Positions 53,313-64,000 of a DNA stretch of 64,000 nt are shown here, piece by piece. The stretch lies in assembly GCA_963847185.1 (NCBI GenBank), contig CAWJYV010000002.1:1-64000 (forward strand), given 5' to 3'. Source of the stretch: an uncultured Methanosarcinaceae archaeon (lineage in GTDB: Archaea > Halobacteriota > Methanosarcinia > Methanosarcinales > Methanosarcinaceae). The notes under the pieces were generated by a model. It was not told the DNA's origin. It did not search any database and saw only the letters and a list, made by a program, of their open reading frames with translations. Positions within the stretch are counted from its first letter, which is position 1, and every line of letters starts with the position of its first letter. A program made the translations under genes and the position numbers.

Positions 53313-56211
53313 ATGGAAGTTACTATAGGAGTCTATGGCATGACCTGTGGTCACTGCCAGAAAAGAGTAGCTGATGCTATTTCTTCGCTTGAAGGAGTGG
53401 AATCCACTAATGTGGATCTCGAATCCGAACGCGCCATCGTTAGTTTTGACCCTCAAAAAGTAAGCCTTGAGGATATAATAGCAGCTATTCATAAGGCAGG
53501 GTACTCAACTGAAAGTGAAAAGGAAGTTCAGGTAAAGGATCAAGCGGCGCCTTCAGCCAGTAAAGAGCCAGAAAGCACGGTATTAGAAACAGAGATCCCT
53601 GAAGCTCCGAAAACTTCCAAAACTTTAGATACTGCAAAAATTACTTCAGGAGCGCCGGAAGAAGCTTCTCAAACCTGTTCTCTAAATGACACATGTAAGC
53701 TGGCAGAAGAAGGCTCTCAAATCCCAGGTCAGAAACCAGGCCTGAAGGAAATTACTCTTGGAGTCTCGGGTATGACCTGCTCGGCCTGTACCGCAAATAT
53801 TGAGAGAGTATTGAAGAAAAAAGAAGGCGTGGGTTCAGTAGTCGTGAATCTGGAGCTTGGAAAGGCAAAAGTCGGTTTTGATCCCGCTCTTATTTCTCCA
53901 AAGGAAATCGAGGAAACTATAGAATCCATAGGATACAGGGTAGAAAAGGATAGGGTAACTCTCAATCTTGAGGGGATGAGCTGTGCATCCTGTGCTGCAA
54001 ATATTGAGAAAATCCTTAATAAAACAGAAGGTGTGATCTCAACTTCAGTAAATTTCCCTCTTGAAAAGGCAGTTGTAGAATTTGATTCCACCCGCATTTC
54101 TGTCAGGGAAATTATTGCTGCAGTTCAGCGAATAGGTTATGGAGCATCTGTCAGAGCTGAGACTGTGGAATATGAAGACAGAGAACAGATGTTTCGAGAT
54201 GCTGAAATTCACAGGCAAAGAAATAACGTGATTATTGCTGCCGTGCTCGGAATTCCAATATCCCTGGGAAACATGAGCATGATGTTTCCTTTCCTCTCTC
54301 CTTTTGTACCTGCTTTTCTTACAGATCCTATTGTGCTTTTTATAATGTCTACTCTTGTAATTCTCTTTCCTGGCAGGCAATTTTTTGTAGGGACTTTCAA
54401 AGGTTTCAGGCACGGCGTAACAGATATGGATCTGCTGATTGCAGGTGGTACAGGATCGGCCTACCTTATAAGTGTAGCAGCAACATTTTTTGATCTGGGA
54501 CCTGGATATGACACCCTTTACTACGATACAGTAGGTCTTCTTATATTTTTCATCGTACTTGGCAGATACCTTGAAGTAAGGGCAAGGGGCCGGACTTCGG
54601 AAGCTATCCGAAAACTGATGGGACTCAGGGCAAAAACCTCCAGAATCCTTGTAAATGGCGTAGAAAAGGACGTTCCTGTGGAAGAAGTAGTAGTTGGGGA
54701 CGTTGTTATTGTCCGGCCGGGAGAGAAGATTCCAGTTGACGGAATTGTTGTAGAAGGTAATTCTGCCGTGGACGAGTCAATGCTTACCGGCGAAAGTATT
54801 CCGGTAGAAAAAGGTCCCGGAAGTACGGTTATCGGGGCTACGCTCAATAAAACAGGATCTTTTAATTTTCGGGCTACGAAAGTCGGAGCTGATACTGCTC
54901 TTGCCCAGATAGTCAGGCTTGTTGAGACTGCTCAAACCACAAAAGCCCCTATACAGAGAATTGCAGATGTATTTGCTGGCAACTTCATAATAGCCGTGCA
55001 CATTCTTACCCTACTAGCCTTCCTCTTCTGGTTTTTCATAGGTTACTGGCACTATGGTGTATCGGTAGATATGGAAGGAATCAGTCCATTCCTTTTTTCT
55101 CTCCTTGTGGGCATTACTATACTTGTAATCTCATGCCCTTGTGCAGTGGGGCTTGCAACTCCTGCGGCCATTATGGTAGGTACAGGCAGAGGTGCGGAGA
55201 ACGGAGTTCTTATAAAAGGTGGGGAAGCTCTTGAAATGGCACACAAACTTGACACTATAGTTTTCGACAAAACAGGAACCCTCACGGAAGGCACTCCAAA
55301 ACTCACAGATTTGTTTGCATCCCCCGGTCATGAAGAGAAAGAGGTTCTTTTTATAGCTGCAACAGCTGAGAAAGGATCGGAACATCCCCTGGGAGAAGCT
55401 ATCGTAAAAGGAGCTGAAGAAAGGAACATTAGCCTTGAAAAGGCTGAAAACTTCCAGTCCGTTCCAGGGAAAGGAGTAGAAGCTTATCTTGAAGGAAAGA
55501 GAATTTTGCTCGGCACTCGCAAACTAATGGAAGAAAATAAAATTCCCTTTGAGAAACTTGAGCCCAAAATGCGTGCATTTGAAGAAAATGGGAAAACCGC
55601 AATGCTTGTAGCTCTCGATAATGAAATCGTAGGTATTGTTGCAGTTGCCGATACCCTGAAGGAAAACTCCAGGGAAGCAGTTGAGACCCTGAAAAAAATG
55701 GGAATAGAAGTTGTCATGATCACCGGAGACAATGCTAGAACAGCCAGTGCAATAGCAAAAGAAGTGGGCATCCCGAGAGTGCTTGCCGAGGTGCTTCCAG
55801 AGGATAAAGCAAATGAAATAAAAAAGCTGCAAGCGGAGGGCAAGCTTGTTGGGATGGTGGGTGACGGCATTAATGACGCTCCTGCATTAATTCAGTCCGA
55901 TGTGGGAATTGCTATGGGAGCAGGCACGGATGTGGCAATGGAATCTGCAAAAATCGTACTTATAAAAAATGATCCCGAGAGATGTAGTCGTATCTCTTAA
56001 GTTGAGCCGGCTTACTATAAGCAAGATCAAGCAAAACCTTTTCTGGGCTTTTGGATACAATACTATAGGCATTCCTATTGCAGCTGGAATTCTTTACCCC
56101 TTCTTCCATAGGATCCTTATCACACCTGAACTTGCTGCCGCTTTCATGGCATTAAGTTCGGTTTCAGTAACTACCAACTCCCTGCTAATGAAAAGAAGCA
56201 AACTTAAGTAA
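53313..56211 (+). CDS. copA: Cu(I)-exporting P1B-ATPase with three HMA domains; +1 frameshift at about 55975
   Basis: Three GMxCxxC motifs, [24 protein letters not shown] and MALSS motifs lie in the downstream frame; removing one C from GATCCCGAGA restores KNDPRDVV. Confidence 0.93.
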
Positions 56212-56252
56212 CCTAGTCAGATAATTTTAGAGTTTAAATATGGAGCAGTCAT

Positions 56253-56516
56253 ATGGCAAAATTCGTATCCGCGGACAACATACCCAGAGTGGCGTTTCTA
56301 TCAAGTGTTGCCACGTCGATTGTGCTTGTGAGCCTTTTTCTTATTGGGGCCCTTTTAACAAATCTTTCCCGTAATGAGGCGGCCTATACCCAGGTTGACA
56401 TAGCTGCAGGCTCAATTTTTGTTTTTGTAATCACCATGATAATTTCACTGTCCCTCTGGCCTAAGGTTATGGATCGGCTTGAGAGTGGGAAGAAAAGTGA
56501 AGAAATTTCACAGTGA
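56253..56516 (+). CDS. Small 2-TM membrane protein downstream of copA
   Basis: SD GGAG; two hydrophobic helices. Confidence 0.7.
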   Translation: MAKFVSADNIPRVAFLSSVATSIVLVSLFLIGALLTNLSRNEAAYTQVDIAAGSIFVFVITMIISLSLWPKVMDRLESGKKSEEISQ

Positions 56517-56771
56517 TCCATGAATGTATTATTTATATAACTTTTATAAAATTGCACTTCCTCAAGATAATTATGCTAAAATAATTATTTCCCACTATAA
56601 CCCATTTAAAGAACAGTAAAATTGGGTAATCTTATACGGAGAAGCACTGATCTAATATAGTGAACTTTTTAATATATCATAATAGGGAACTTTAATACAC
56701 CATTAGATATCATATCAGATCAGTTATTTTCAATAAATTTTAAGATCAATAACTTAAAGATGAGTGTTTGT

Positions 56772-57098
56772 ATGAGGGAATCTGTCCGAAAACTTGGGCT
56801 CATAGGAGCAGGCCTCTGGGCAATGACCGAAGAAAGAATAGATGAGCTTGTAAAGGACCTGGTTGATAAAGGGGATATCAGTAAGGAAGAAGGTAAAAAA
56901 GTCATCCAGGATATGGTGGAGGAAAGCAAAAAACAGAGGGTTGATCTTGAAAAGAAAATCTCTGAAAAGATTCAGGATACTGTCTCAAAAGCAGATGCCT
57001 TTGCCAAAAAAGATGTGCAAGAACTGGAATCAAGGATAGATGCCCTGGAAGAAGAAATCCGAAGGATTAAGAACAAAGAAAAGATGTTTTTTAAATGA
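56772..57098 (+). CDS. Phasin/PhaF-like coiled-coil protein
   Basis: LIGAGL...E.I.ELV.DLV.KG.I..EEGK and K.DV.ELE.RI..LE pattern. Confidence 0.75.
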   Translation: MRESVRKLGLIGAGLWAMTEERIDELVKDLVDKGDISKEEGKKVIQDMVEESKKQRVDLEKKISEKIQDTVSKADAFAKKDVQELESRIDALEEEIRRIKNKEKMFFK

Positions 57099-57150
57099 AA
57101 ACTATTTTTTAAGTGAGTTTTCACTTATTTTCCATTTTGACACCTTCGAT

Positions 57151-57426
57151 TTAGACTTTTTCTATCTCAACGTCTTCGATTTCTATATCCTCACCAAGAC
57201 TTACATTTTCAAGTAAGTTGTCAAGGCCTTCCATATCTGAATTAAGCTCATTGATTTCTGCCGGTGTAAGGCCAGTTAAATTTTCGGAAGAGTTATTTCC
57301 AGTCTCATCAACATCAGGATTTACTCCTGTGTTTTCTGCTTTTGATGCATCGTTCCCGACACAACCTGACCCTGCAAGCCAGACAAATAAAACTAATATT
57401 ACGAGCAGGTTAGCGAGTTTTGCCAT
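57151..57426 (-). CDS. Small acidic lipoprotein
   Basis: Hydrophobic N-terminus with SGC lipobox; SD GAGGAGG. Confidence 0.75.
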   Translation of the reverse strand: MAKLANLLVILVLFVWLAGSGCVGNDASKAENTGVNPDVDETGNNSSENLTGLTPAEINELNSDMEGLDNLLENVSLGEDIEIEDVEIEKV

Positions 57427-57500
57427 TTTCTGCCTCCTCAACTTTATGATCCTTCTCCAGCGAGAATTCAATCTTATCTCCGAATTATTTTTGTTTCTCC

Positions 57501-58601
57501 TTAAGAAGCGGTCTGTTCAATGACAAGAGTGCCATTTGCAATTGATGAGTTATTGTCAGTATAGGTTACACTTTTAGTATCGTCAAAATCGATTTTTAAG
57601 TCACTATCAATACTAGTTATATTAGTTAACACAGTATTATGCATTTTAAATTCATCGAAGAGCTCTCTAAGTATTTTATTTGCTTTATTGATATCAGTGA
57701 GAGACTGACGCAAGTAATTATTTGCAGTTTTCATATCTTCCTTGGTGACATTATCAGAGCTGTAAATAGAATCTGCTTTTTCTTTCTTTTCCTGTGCAGA
57801 TCTGATATATGAATTATAAGTGGTAAGCTTGGTTTCAATATCTGAGGTTTCAGCTCCGGTTTCGTTCAGTTTCTCTAAATCAGTTTCAAGCTTTTTAGAA
57901 AGGATTTCGGATTTTTCAAGAAATTCTCCGATTTTTTCACTGACAATCTCTCCTGAACCCTCAAGACTAATTTTCCTTGCATCATCCCAGGTTTCACGTA
58001 CAGATCTGATCGTAACCAGAAGCTCTTTCTGACTGGAAGCATTCTTAACTTCTGCCTTTTCAGCTTCAAGCAGTTTAATCCTTTCGTCTATGGCAGCGAC
58101 TTTTTTGTCTGTTCCACTGCCATTTGAAGCTTCCATGTTGCTTTTTACAGTTGAAAGGTGAGCTATCATGTAACTGATGCTTGCGTTAAGGTAATTCTTT
58201 GTAGCATTTAAAGCCTCTTCAGAATTAAGGTTAAGTTTTCCGGTCTGGATATTGTTTTTTATTTCCAGGAAATCTTTTTTTGCTTCCTGATATTCCTTCT
58301 TCTGGAGCTGGAGTTCTTCTTTTATTTCGTTCTTATCTTGTTTTGAAATTTTTTTCTGGTTTTCTATCTCTAGATTATCCTGAAGTTCTTCCGGTTCCGG
58401 CTCAGAGCCGTTGCTACCATTTTCACTTTCATTTTCACCTGTGTATGTATCCCCTGAATTTTCGCGCATGTACTGATTATGGTTTCCATTTCCCTGCTCA
58501 GAAGAACCCTTAGCAGCCAGGGCACTTCCCGACAGTACACAAAGTAATGTTAATATGATAGTGAAATAAGCCAGATATCGTACGATTCGTATTTTTTTCG
58601 T
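57501..58601 (-). CDS. Secreted alpha-helical/coiled-coil protein (probable ACG start)
   Basis: Frame is open upstream of ATG 58469 and encodes signal peptide KKIRIVRYLAYFTIILTLLCVLSGSALA, beginning at an ACG after SD GGGGGA. Confidence 0.75.
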   Translation of the reverse strand, partial: TKKIRIVRYLAYFTIILTLLCVLSGSALAAKGSSEQGNGNHNQYMRENSGDTYTGENESENGSNGSEPEPEELQDNLEIENQKKISKQDKNEIKEELQLQKKEYQEAKKDFLEIKNNIQTGKLNLNSEEALNATKNYLNASISYMIAHLSTVKSNMEASNGSGTDKKVAAIDERIKLLEAEKAEVKNASSQKELLVTIRSVRETWDDARKISLEGSGEIVSEKIGEFLEKSEILSKKLETDLEKLNETGAETSDIETKLTTYNSYIRSAQEKKEKADSIYSSDNVTKEDMKTANNYLRQSLTDINKANKILRELFDEFKMHNTVLTNITSIDSDLKIDFDDTKSVTYTDNNSSIANGTLVIEQTAS

Positions 58602-58620
58602 CTGACTTCCCCCTTTTGGA

Positions 58621-58635
58621 AGCTATAATATAGCT
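58621..58635. promoter_or_regulatory. Palindrome, candidate operator
   Basis: AGCTATA-A-TATAGCT perfect 7-bp inverted repeat in the divergent promoter, about 20-25 nt downstream of a minus-strand TTATAT. Confidence 0.35.
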
Positions 58636-58817
58636 GTATTGGAGTAAAGAGAATATAAGCATTCTTTCAGAAATGAGCTTAGTTGATGAGCGTAGGTAAT
58701 AATTTAAACTTGATAGAACCTCTGTTTTCTTGATAAAACTTGAATACGCCTTTGTGACAACTGAAATTTCTTTGATGGAAAGTAAAAGATTTATGTCATA
58801 AACCCATTTAACATTTC

Positions 58818-59972
58818 GTGAATTTTAGAAATCTTTGCAGGATCGCCTGTGTTTTCTTTTTCCTTATGTTTTTTCAGGGAAATTCACTAGCGGCCACAAT
58901 TCACGGGACAGTCTATGAGTGGAATAGTTTCACACCTCTTAATAATTCAGTAATTGAAATTAACTCTACTCCGGTACAATCTTTTGTTGCAACGGATGCA
59001 GAATACACCTTCAACCTTACTCCAGGGACCTATTTGATAACTTCTAACTATTTTGAAGGGAACAAACGAGTTTACACAACTAAGGATGCAGTTGTGATTT
59101 CAGATGACGGGGAATATGTTCACGACCTTCTCATGTTTCCAACTTATGAAGAGGAACTCCTGGAACCAGAAGAATTTGAAGTTCCAGACATGAATATTGA
59201 AGCGACATCACCCACAGATGTCACAACCATAGCTCAGGATAACCATCAAACTACCTTTTTAGTTTCCGCTCTCCTGGCCTTAATAGTTCTGTTACTGGCA
59301 GTCTATTTCTTAGGAAAAAGACATAGAAAAAATCCAGGTATGATATCTGGTCCCCCAGGAGAAAATGAAGAGCTAGAAACTTTGCAAGCCGATAGTACTG
59401 TGCCGGACTCGGAATTTTCAGACAATATAAAAGCCGATTCTGTAGAGAGCCCTGCTGAAACCGCTGATATAAGTCAGGAGTCATCTGCAATAAATCCGGA
59501 ATTACCCCCAATAAACTCTGAGTCGTCCGCAGATATTACTGAAAAGGTAAATCATTTAGCTGACAACACTGAAAAGGTAAATCATTTAGCTGACAATACT
59601 GAAAAGGTAAATAATTTAGCTGACAAAAATAAATTTGTGCAGCAAACAAAGCATCATAATCCAGATAGATGGCGTTTTCCCTTCTCAAGTAAAGAGAATA
59701 AATCGAATTCCGACACCCACAAGAATTCCAGAATCAATCTTCCAGAAGACCTCAAAGAACTCCTTGAACTGATCAGAAATAGCGGAAACAGAATTACCCA
59801 GAGAGAAATCCGGAAAAAATCTCCCTATTCTGAATCCAAAGTCAGCCTTATGCTTTCAGATCTGGAACAGAGAGGTCTGATTGAAAAGTTCAAAAGAGGA
59901 AGAGGGAACATAATTCGTATTCCTGATAAGCATATCCATAAACAAACAGAAAATGAGAGTAAGAAGGAATAA
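58818..59972 (+). CDS. Membrane-anchored winged-helix regulator (COG2512-like)
   Basis: Signal peptide, extracellular beta domain (ATIHGTVYEW), single TM helix, linker, C-terminal wHTH LPEDL..LL.LIR..G.RITQREIRKK.PYSESKVSLML.DLE.RG.I.K.KRGRGN. Confidence 0.85.
   Translation: MNFRNLCRIACVFFFLMFFQGNSLAATIHGTVYEWNSFTPLNNSVIEINSTPVQSFVATDAEYTFNLTPGTYLITSNYFEGNKRVYTTKDAVVISDDGEYVHDLLMFPTYEEELLEPEEFEVPDMNIEATSPTDVTTIAQDNHQTTFLVSALLALIVLLLAVYFLGKRHRKNPGMISGPPGENEELETLQADSTVPDSEFSDNIKADSVESPAETADISQESSAINPELPPINSESSADITEKVNHLADNTEKVNHLADNTEKVNNLADKNKFVQQTKHHNPDRWRFPFSSKENKSNSDTHKNSRINLPEDLKELLELIRNSGNRITQREIRKKSPYSESKVSLMLSDLEQRGLIEKFKRGRGNIIRIPDKHIHKQTENESKKE
59538..59626 (+). repeat. 30-bp in-frame tandem repeat, three copies
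   Basis: ACTGAAAAGGTAAATCATTTAGCTGACAAC, encoding TEKVNHLADN. Confidence 0.9.
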
Positions 59973-60232
59973 GGAGAAGAGGTACTTTACATAATCTCTT
60001 TTGAAAAACCATAAATAGTAAATTATATAACTAAATTCATCCACTAAACAGCAGAAACGGTTAATAATGTTTGAAAGATAAGGCTCCAGACATTTTAATA
60101 TGCCCTTTTTGCTTTCTTACGCCCCGGAATTGCTTTCTTATTTATAATGATTACTTACCGAATATTGCTTGAAATGTATTATAAATTACTATTTAAACTG
60201 CACAAGGTATTATAAACTTCACGAGGGACAAC

Positions 60233-60736
60233 ATGCGAATTTCCATGGATATTGAGCTAAAGGATGTGCCCGGGCAGATGCTTTTAGCCCTCCAGCCTCT
60301 TTCGGAATACAAAGCTAACCTGATAACTGTTTTACATCATCACCAGAAAAGGACTCTCCGAAAAACAGTGCCGGTACAGCTTGTACTTGAAACTACGCCT
60401 GAAAGCATTGAAACAATAAAGGCTAAACTTGAAGAGAATGGGATAAGGGTTGTAAGAGTAGGAGAACATCGCTTCAGAGAAAGCATAAATGTGGTCCTTA
60501 TAGGGCACGTAGTCCATACCGGAATCCAGGATACGATTGATGAGATTGACAGAACTGGATTTGCTGAGGTTGTGGATCTTTCCCTATCCATGCCAGGTAT
60601 TAATCTTCTCACTTCAGCCCTCATAAGAATCGACGCTGTGAGCAAAGAGCATCTTCAAAAAGCGCTTGATATCCTGAAAGACGTCTCGGCAAAAAAAGAT
60701 CTGTTGATGGTGCTTCCAATAGATATCCAGGCATGA
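60233..60736 (+). CDS. ACT-domain protein (putative regulator of homoserine dehydrogenase)
   Basis: IELKDVPGQM, VLIGHVVHT; directly upstream of hom. Confidence 0.85.
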   Translation: MRISMDIELKDVPGQMLLALQPLSEYKANLITVLHHHQKRTLRKTVPVQLVLETTPESIETIKAKLEENGIRVVRVGEHRFRESINVVLIGHVVHTGIQDTIDEIDRTGFAEVVDLSLSMPGINLLTSALIRIDAVSKEHLQKALDILKDVSAKKDLLMVLPIDIQA

Positions 60737-60761
60737 TAAGAATAAAAGGAGATTTGGAAAA

Positions 60762-61766
60762 ATGAAAACAGTTTGCTGTTCGATTCTTGGATTCGGTGCA
60801 ATTGGACAGGGTGTAGCCGAGGTACTCCTGACGAAAAAAGAGTACCTTAAGAGTATCGGGCTCGAAGTAAAGGTTATTGCTGTTGCAGATTCAAAGGGTG
60901 CTACTGTTAATCCTGAAGGCGTAGATCTTGCCGATTGCCTGGCCCGCAAGAGAATAAGCGGTACGGTAGCCCTTGAAGAAATCACAGGACTCGAAGTAAT
61001 AAAATCCATAGAACATGAGCTGGTAATCGAGACCACTCCAACAAATATCGAGACAGGAGGGGCAGGACTCCAGAATATGCTTGCAGCTTTCCAGACAGGA
61101 AAGGATGTCATTACTTCCAACAAAGGGCCTCTTACCCTGAAGTACAGAGAACTTATGGAAAGTGCAAAGGCAGCTGGATCACATTTCAGGTTTGAAGCCA
61201 CTGTCGGAGGGTCGATGCCTATTATCAATCTGGCAAACGAAGCTCTCGCAGGCAATAGAATTAAAAGTATCAAAGGAATCCTGAATGGAACATGCAATTA
61301 TATCCTGACAAGAATGCTGGAGGAAAGGGCAACTTACAATGACATCCTTGTGGAATCCATGCAGCTTGGAATTGCAGAAACCGACCCGACATATGATGTG
61401 GAAGGAATTGATACTGCCTGCAAACTGGTGATTCTTGCCAATGCAATCTTCGGACTCAATGCCACTTACAAAGACGTTAAAATTACGGGAATCACAAAGG
61501 TAACGCCTGAAGCCCTGGAGATGGCTTATGAAAGAGGGCACGTAATCAAACTTATAGGTGAAGTTAGCAGGGAAAGAATCCATGTAGCCCCAAGGCTTGT
61601 ACCCATTAACCATCCTCTTGCGGTTGGAGGAACCCTGAATGTCGCATCTCTGGATACCGAACTCGCCGGGGAAATCACAATTACCGGAAAGGGAGCAGGC
61701 CCACTTGAAACAGCAAGTGCTATTCTTAGTGACCTGATTGAAATTTACGGGGCCGGTAAGAATTAA
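60762..61766 (+). CDS. hom: Homoserine dehydrogenase
   Basis: GFGAIG, TSNKGP, FEATVGG, GILNGTCNYIL, DVEGID, GKGAG. Confidence 0.96.
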   Translation: MKTVCCSILGFGAIGQGVAEVLLTKKEYLKSIGLEVKVIAVADSKGATVNPEGVDLADCLARKRISGTVALEEITGLEVIKSIEHELVIETTPTNIETGGAGLQNMLAAFQTGKDVITSNKGPLTLKYRELMESAKAAGSHFRFEATVGGSMPIINLANEALAGNRIKSIKGILNGTCNYILTRMLEERATYNDILVESMQLGIAETDPTYDVEGIDTACKLVILANAIFGLNATYKDVKITGITKVTPEALEMAYERGHVIKLIGEVSRERIHVAPRLVPINHPLAVGGTLNVASLDTELAGEITITGKGAGPLETASAILSDLIEIYGAGKN

Positions 61767-61849
61767 AATTCAATTGGAAATTCTCTTACTGGAATACTTA
61801 CTGAATACTACTTGCGAAAAAACAATAAAAGAAAAAATCTGTGTGGACT

Positions 61850-63556
61850 ATGACAAGCTTCAGGGAATTTGCAGAAACCTGCCAGGCAATTGAAAAAATC
61901 TCGAGCACAATTGACACCACAAGTAGAGTTGCCGATCTCCTTAAGAGAGTTGATGTAGAAGAGCTCCCCCTTGCGACTCACTTTATTATGAGTGAGGTTT
62001 TTCCTGCCTGGAGTGGAGAACAGCTGGGAATTGGCACGAGTTTACTGTATGTTTCCCTCTCGAAAGCCTCAGGAATGTCTATAAAAAGCATAGAATCTCT
62101 GATTCGGACTACCGGGGATATAGGGGATACTGCGCTTCTTATTTTGAAGGAAAAACGGAAAAATCAGGTTACTTTCTCTTCTTTTCTTGAAGAACAGCCA
62201 GAACTCTCAATAACGGAAGTTTACCAGCGTTTCAAGACGGCTTCCGAAGCGACTGGAAAAGGCTCGCAGGAAGTTAAAATCAAGAACCTTCAGTTCCTCT
62301 TTACCTCCTCGACCCCAAGGGAAGCAAAGTATATTTCCAGGCTTGCACTTGAAGAGCTCCGCATAGGAGTAGGGGAAGGAGTTGTAAGAGACGCTATTGC
62401 AAAAGCCTTTTCTGTGCCTGCAGACATTGTTGAACACGCCTTCATGGTTACAAATGATCTCGGCATAGTGGCTGCAACTGCCAAAAAGGGTGGAACAGAA
62501 GCCCTGGGAAGCCTGGGAATTGAAATCAACCGTCCAATAAAAATGATGCTTTCACAAATCAGCCCTGATATCGATGCAGATATTAGAGATATGAAAGAGG
62601 CTGCAATAGAGTGGAAATTCGACGGAGCGAGGGTCCAGATCCACAAAAATGGAAATTCAGTTAATCTTTTTTCACGAAAACTCGAAAACGTCACGAATTC
62701 CCTTCCTGATCTTGTTGAAATAATAAGGAAACACATAAAAGCCGAGTCTGCAATCCTTGACGGAGAAGCCGTTGCTGTAGATGAAAATGGGAAGCCTAAA
62801 GCGTTTCAGGAAATCCTTAAACGTTTCCGGCGCAAATATGATGTTGAAGAGAAAATGCTTGGAATTCCCATCCAGCTCAACCTTTTTGACATCATGTACC
62901 TGAACGGAAAAACCCTGATTGACCTCCCTCTTCTTGAACGTAGGAAAGCACTTGAGTCCTGTGTTGAGAGTTCTGTTGAGGATTCAAAATCCATCTGCGT
63001 GGACAGACAGGTGATAACCGGAGACCTCGCAGTTATGGATAAGATCTACAGGGAAGCCTTAAAAGCCGGGCACGAAGGCGTCATGGTCAAAAATCCTAAT
63101 TCTGTTTATTCTCCTGGCAAACGCGGCAAAAACTGGCTCAAGAAAAAACCCCTTATGGATACTCTCGATCTTGTAGTAGTGGGAGCTGAATGGGGTTTTG
63201 GCCGCAGGGCAAACCTGATAGGCTCTTACACTGTTGCCTGCTATGATCCTGACACTGGTAGATATTTACAGGTAGGTAAAGTCGGTACAGGTCTTAGCGA
63301 TGATCAGCTAAAGGAGCTCACAGAAACACTTTCCGGCTTAATGGAAGGCGGAGAAGCAGGCGGAGTGTTTGCAGTCAGACCAAAACTTGTTCTTGAAATA
63401 GCCTTTGAGGAAATCCAGAAAAGCCCCAATTATGATTCTGGCTTTGCACTGCGCTTCCCTCGCTTTATCAGCATCAGGGATGATAAAGACCCCGAAGAAG
63501 CCGATACGATCCAGAGGGTAGGCCGCGTATACAGCCAGCAGTTGAAAAGGATGTAA
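61850..63556 (+). CDS. lig: ATP-dependent DNA ligase
   Basis: EWKFDGAR (KxDG), ILDGE, FDIMY, EGVMVK, WLKKK, ALRFPRF. Confidence 0.98.
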   Translation: MTSFREFAETCQAIEKISSTIDTTSRVADLLKRVDVEELPLATHFIMSEVFPAWSGEQLGIGTSLLYVSLSKASGMSIKSIESLIRTTGDIGDTALLILKEKRKNQVTFSSFLEEQPELSITEVYQRFKTASEATGKGSQEVKIKNLQFLFTSSTPREAKYISRLALEELRIGVGEGVVRDAIAKAFSVPADIVEHAFMVTNDLGIVAATAKKGGTEALGSLGIEINRPIKMMLSQISPDIDADIRDMKEAAIEWKFDGARVQIHKNGNSVNLFSRKLENVTNSLPDLVEIIRKHIKAESAILDGEAVAVDENGKPKAFQEILKRFRRKYDVEEKMLGIPIQLNLFDIMYLNGKTLIDLPLLERRKALESCVESSVEDSKSICVDRQVITGDLAVMDKIYREALKAGHEGVMVKNPNSVYSPGKRGKNWLKKKPLMDTLDLVVVGAEWGFGRRANLIGSYTVACYDPDTGRYLQVGKVGTGLSDDQLKELTETLSGLMEGGEAGGVFAVRPKLVLEIAFEEIQKSPNYDSGFALRFPRFISIRDDKDPEEADTIQRVGRVYSQQLKRM

Positions 63557-64000
63557 TAGTCCATCTTGAGTAGCCTGATTAATGACTTCTGTCGGCGATT
63601 TTATTCCCAAGGCAGGATCAGGCTAAACCTTAAGTGCTCTTAAAGTTAACATAATCCGCCTCAGGTCATGCGGAGTTTGAATCTACTGTGGAAGGTTTGC
63701 TTGTACTCCACATTCAAAAAATGCTTACTAACTTTCTTATATACATTTATTTCTATGATTAATTTTCATCACTCAGATTAACATTAATTAAACCGATCAG
63801 CTTTTTCATCTATATAATAAAGTTTCAGAGTTTGATACATATCAGGAATTTTAGCATCATTTTAGCAGGCGATCTGAATTTTCTTCCTTTCACTGGACCA
63901 TAAAAATTACAAAAGTGATATCACTCTGTGTGACCACCAAAAGATAAAATGATATATTGTATAAGATAAATTCAATAAGAAAGTAAGAAAAAATATGTAG

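Noticed and set aside
63656-63676. TPHDLRR on the minus strand, resembling a tyrosine recombinase motif
   Set aside because: Bounded by nearby stops with no other integrase motifs; probably chance.
1-64000. CRISPR array
   Set aside because: No repeat-spacer array or cas gene seen; the tandem repeats found are contiguous and lack unique spacers.

Overview
Archaeal chromosome window, almost certainly a Methanosarcina species (TiaS, CDC48, archaeal ATP-dependent ligase, Methanosarcina-type purN-glyA-folD-folP-metV-metF cluster, long AT-rich intergenic regions). Housekeeping blocks (cdc48-nadE-tiaS, folate/C1 cluster, pdxST, sod, hom-lig) alternate with accessory stretches. The 3.8-11.6 kb stretch has two decayed tRNA-Leu copies, a pentapeptide-repeat gene, homospermidine synthase, an IS200/IS605 end and three MITE-like elements. 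The 43.6-46.9 kb stretch has an AT-rich HD-CE + Hsp90-like ATPase gene (probable conflict/defence effector). The 47.4-56.5 kb stretch is a putative copper locus: a secreted Met/His/Cys-rich repeat protein, an atypical tRNA-Cys, a cytochrome b561-like membrane protein, copZ, a second HMA gene and copA. Best hypotheses: (1) a tetrahydrofolate route lacking DHFR and FolC, using a FolP with an extra reductase-like domain plus a FolC2-type CofE paralog; (2) an extended copper-buffering system; (3) three genes that appear to start at ATT, ATC and ACG; (4) a repeated structured 3'-UTR element. Four single-base +1 frameshifts (PAP2 twice, HD-CE, copA) may be sequencing errors. All family assignments come from motif recognition by eye; no searches were run.
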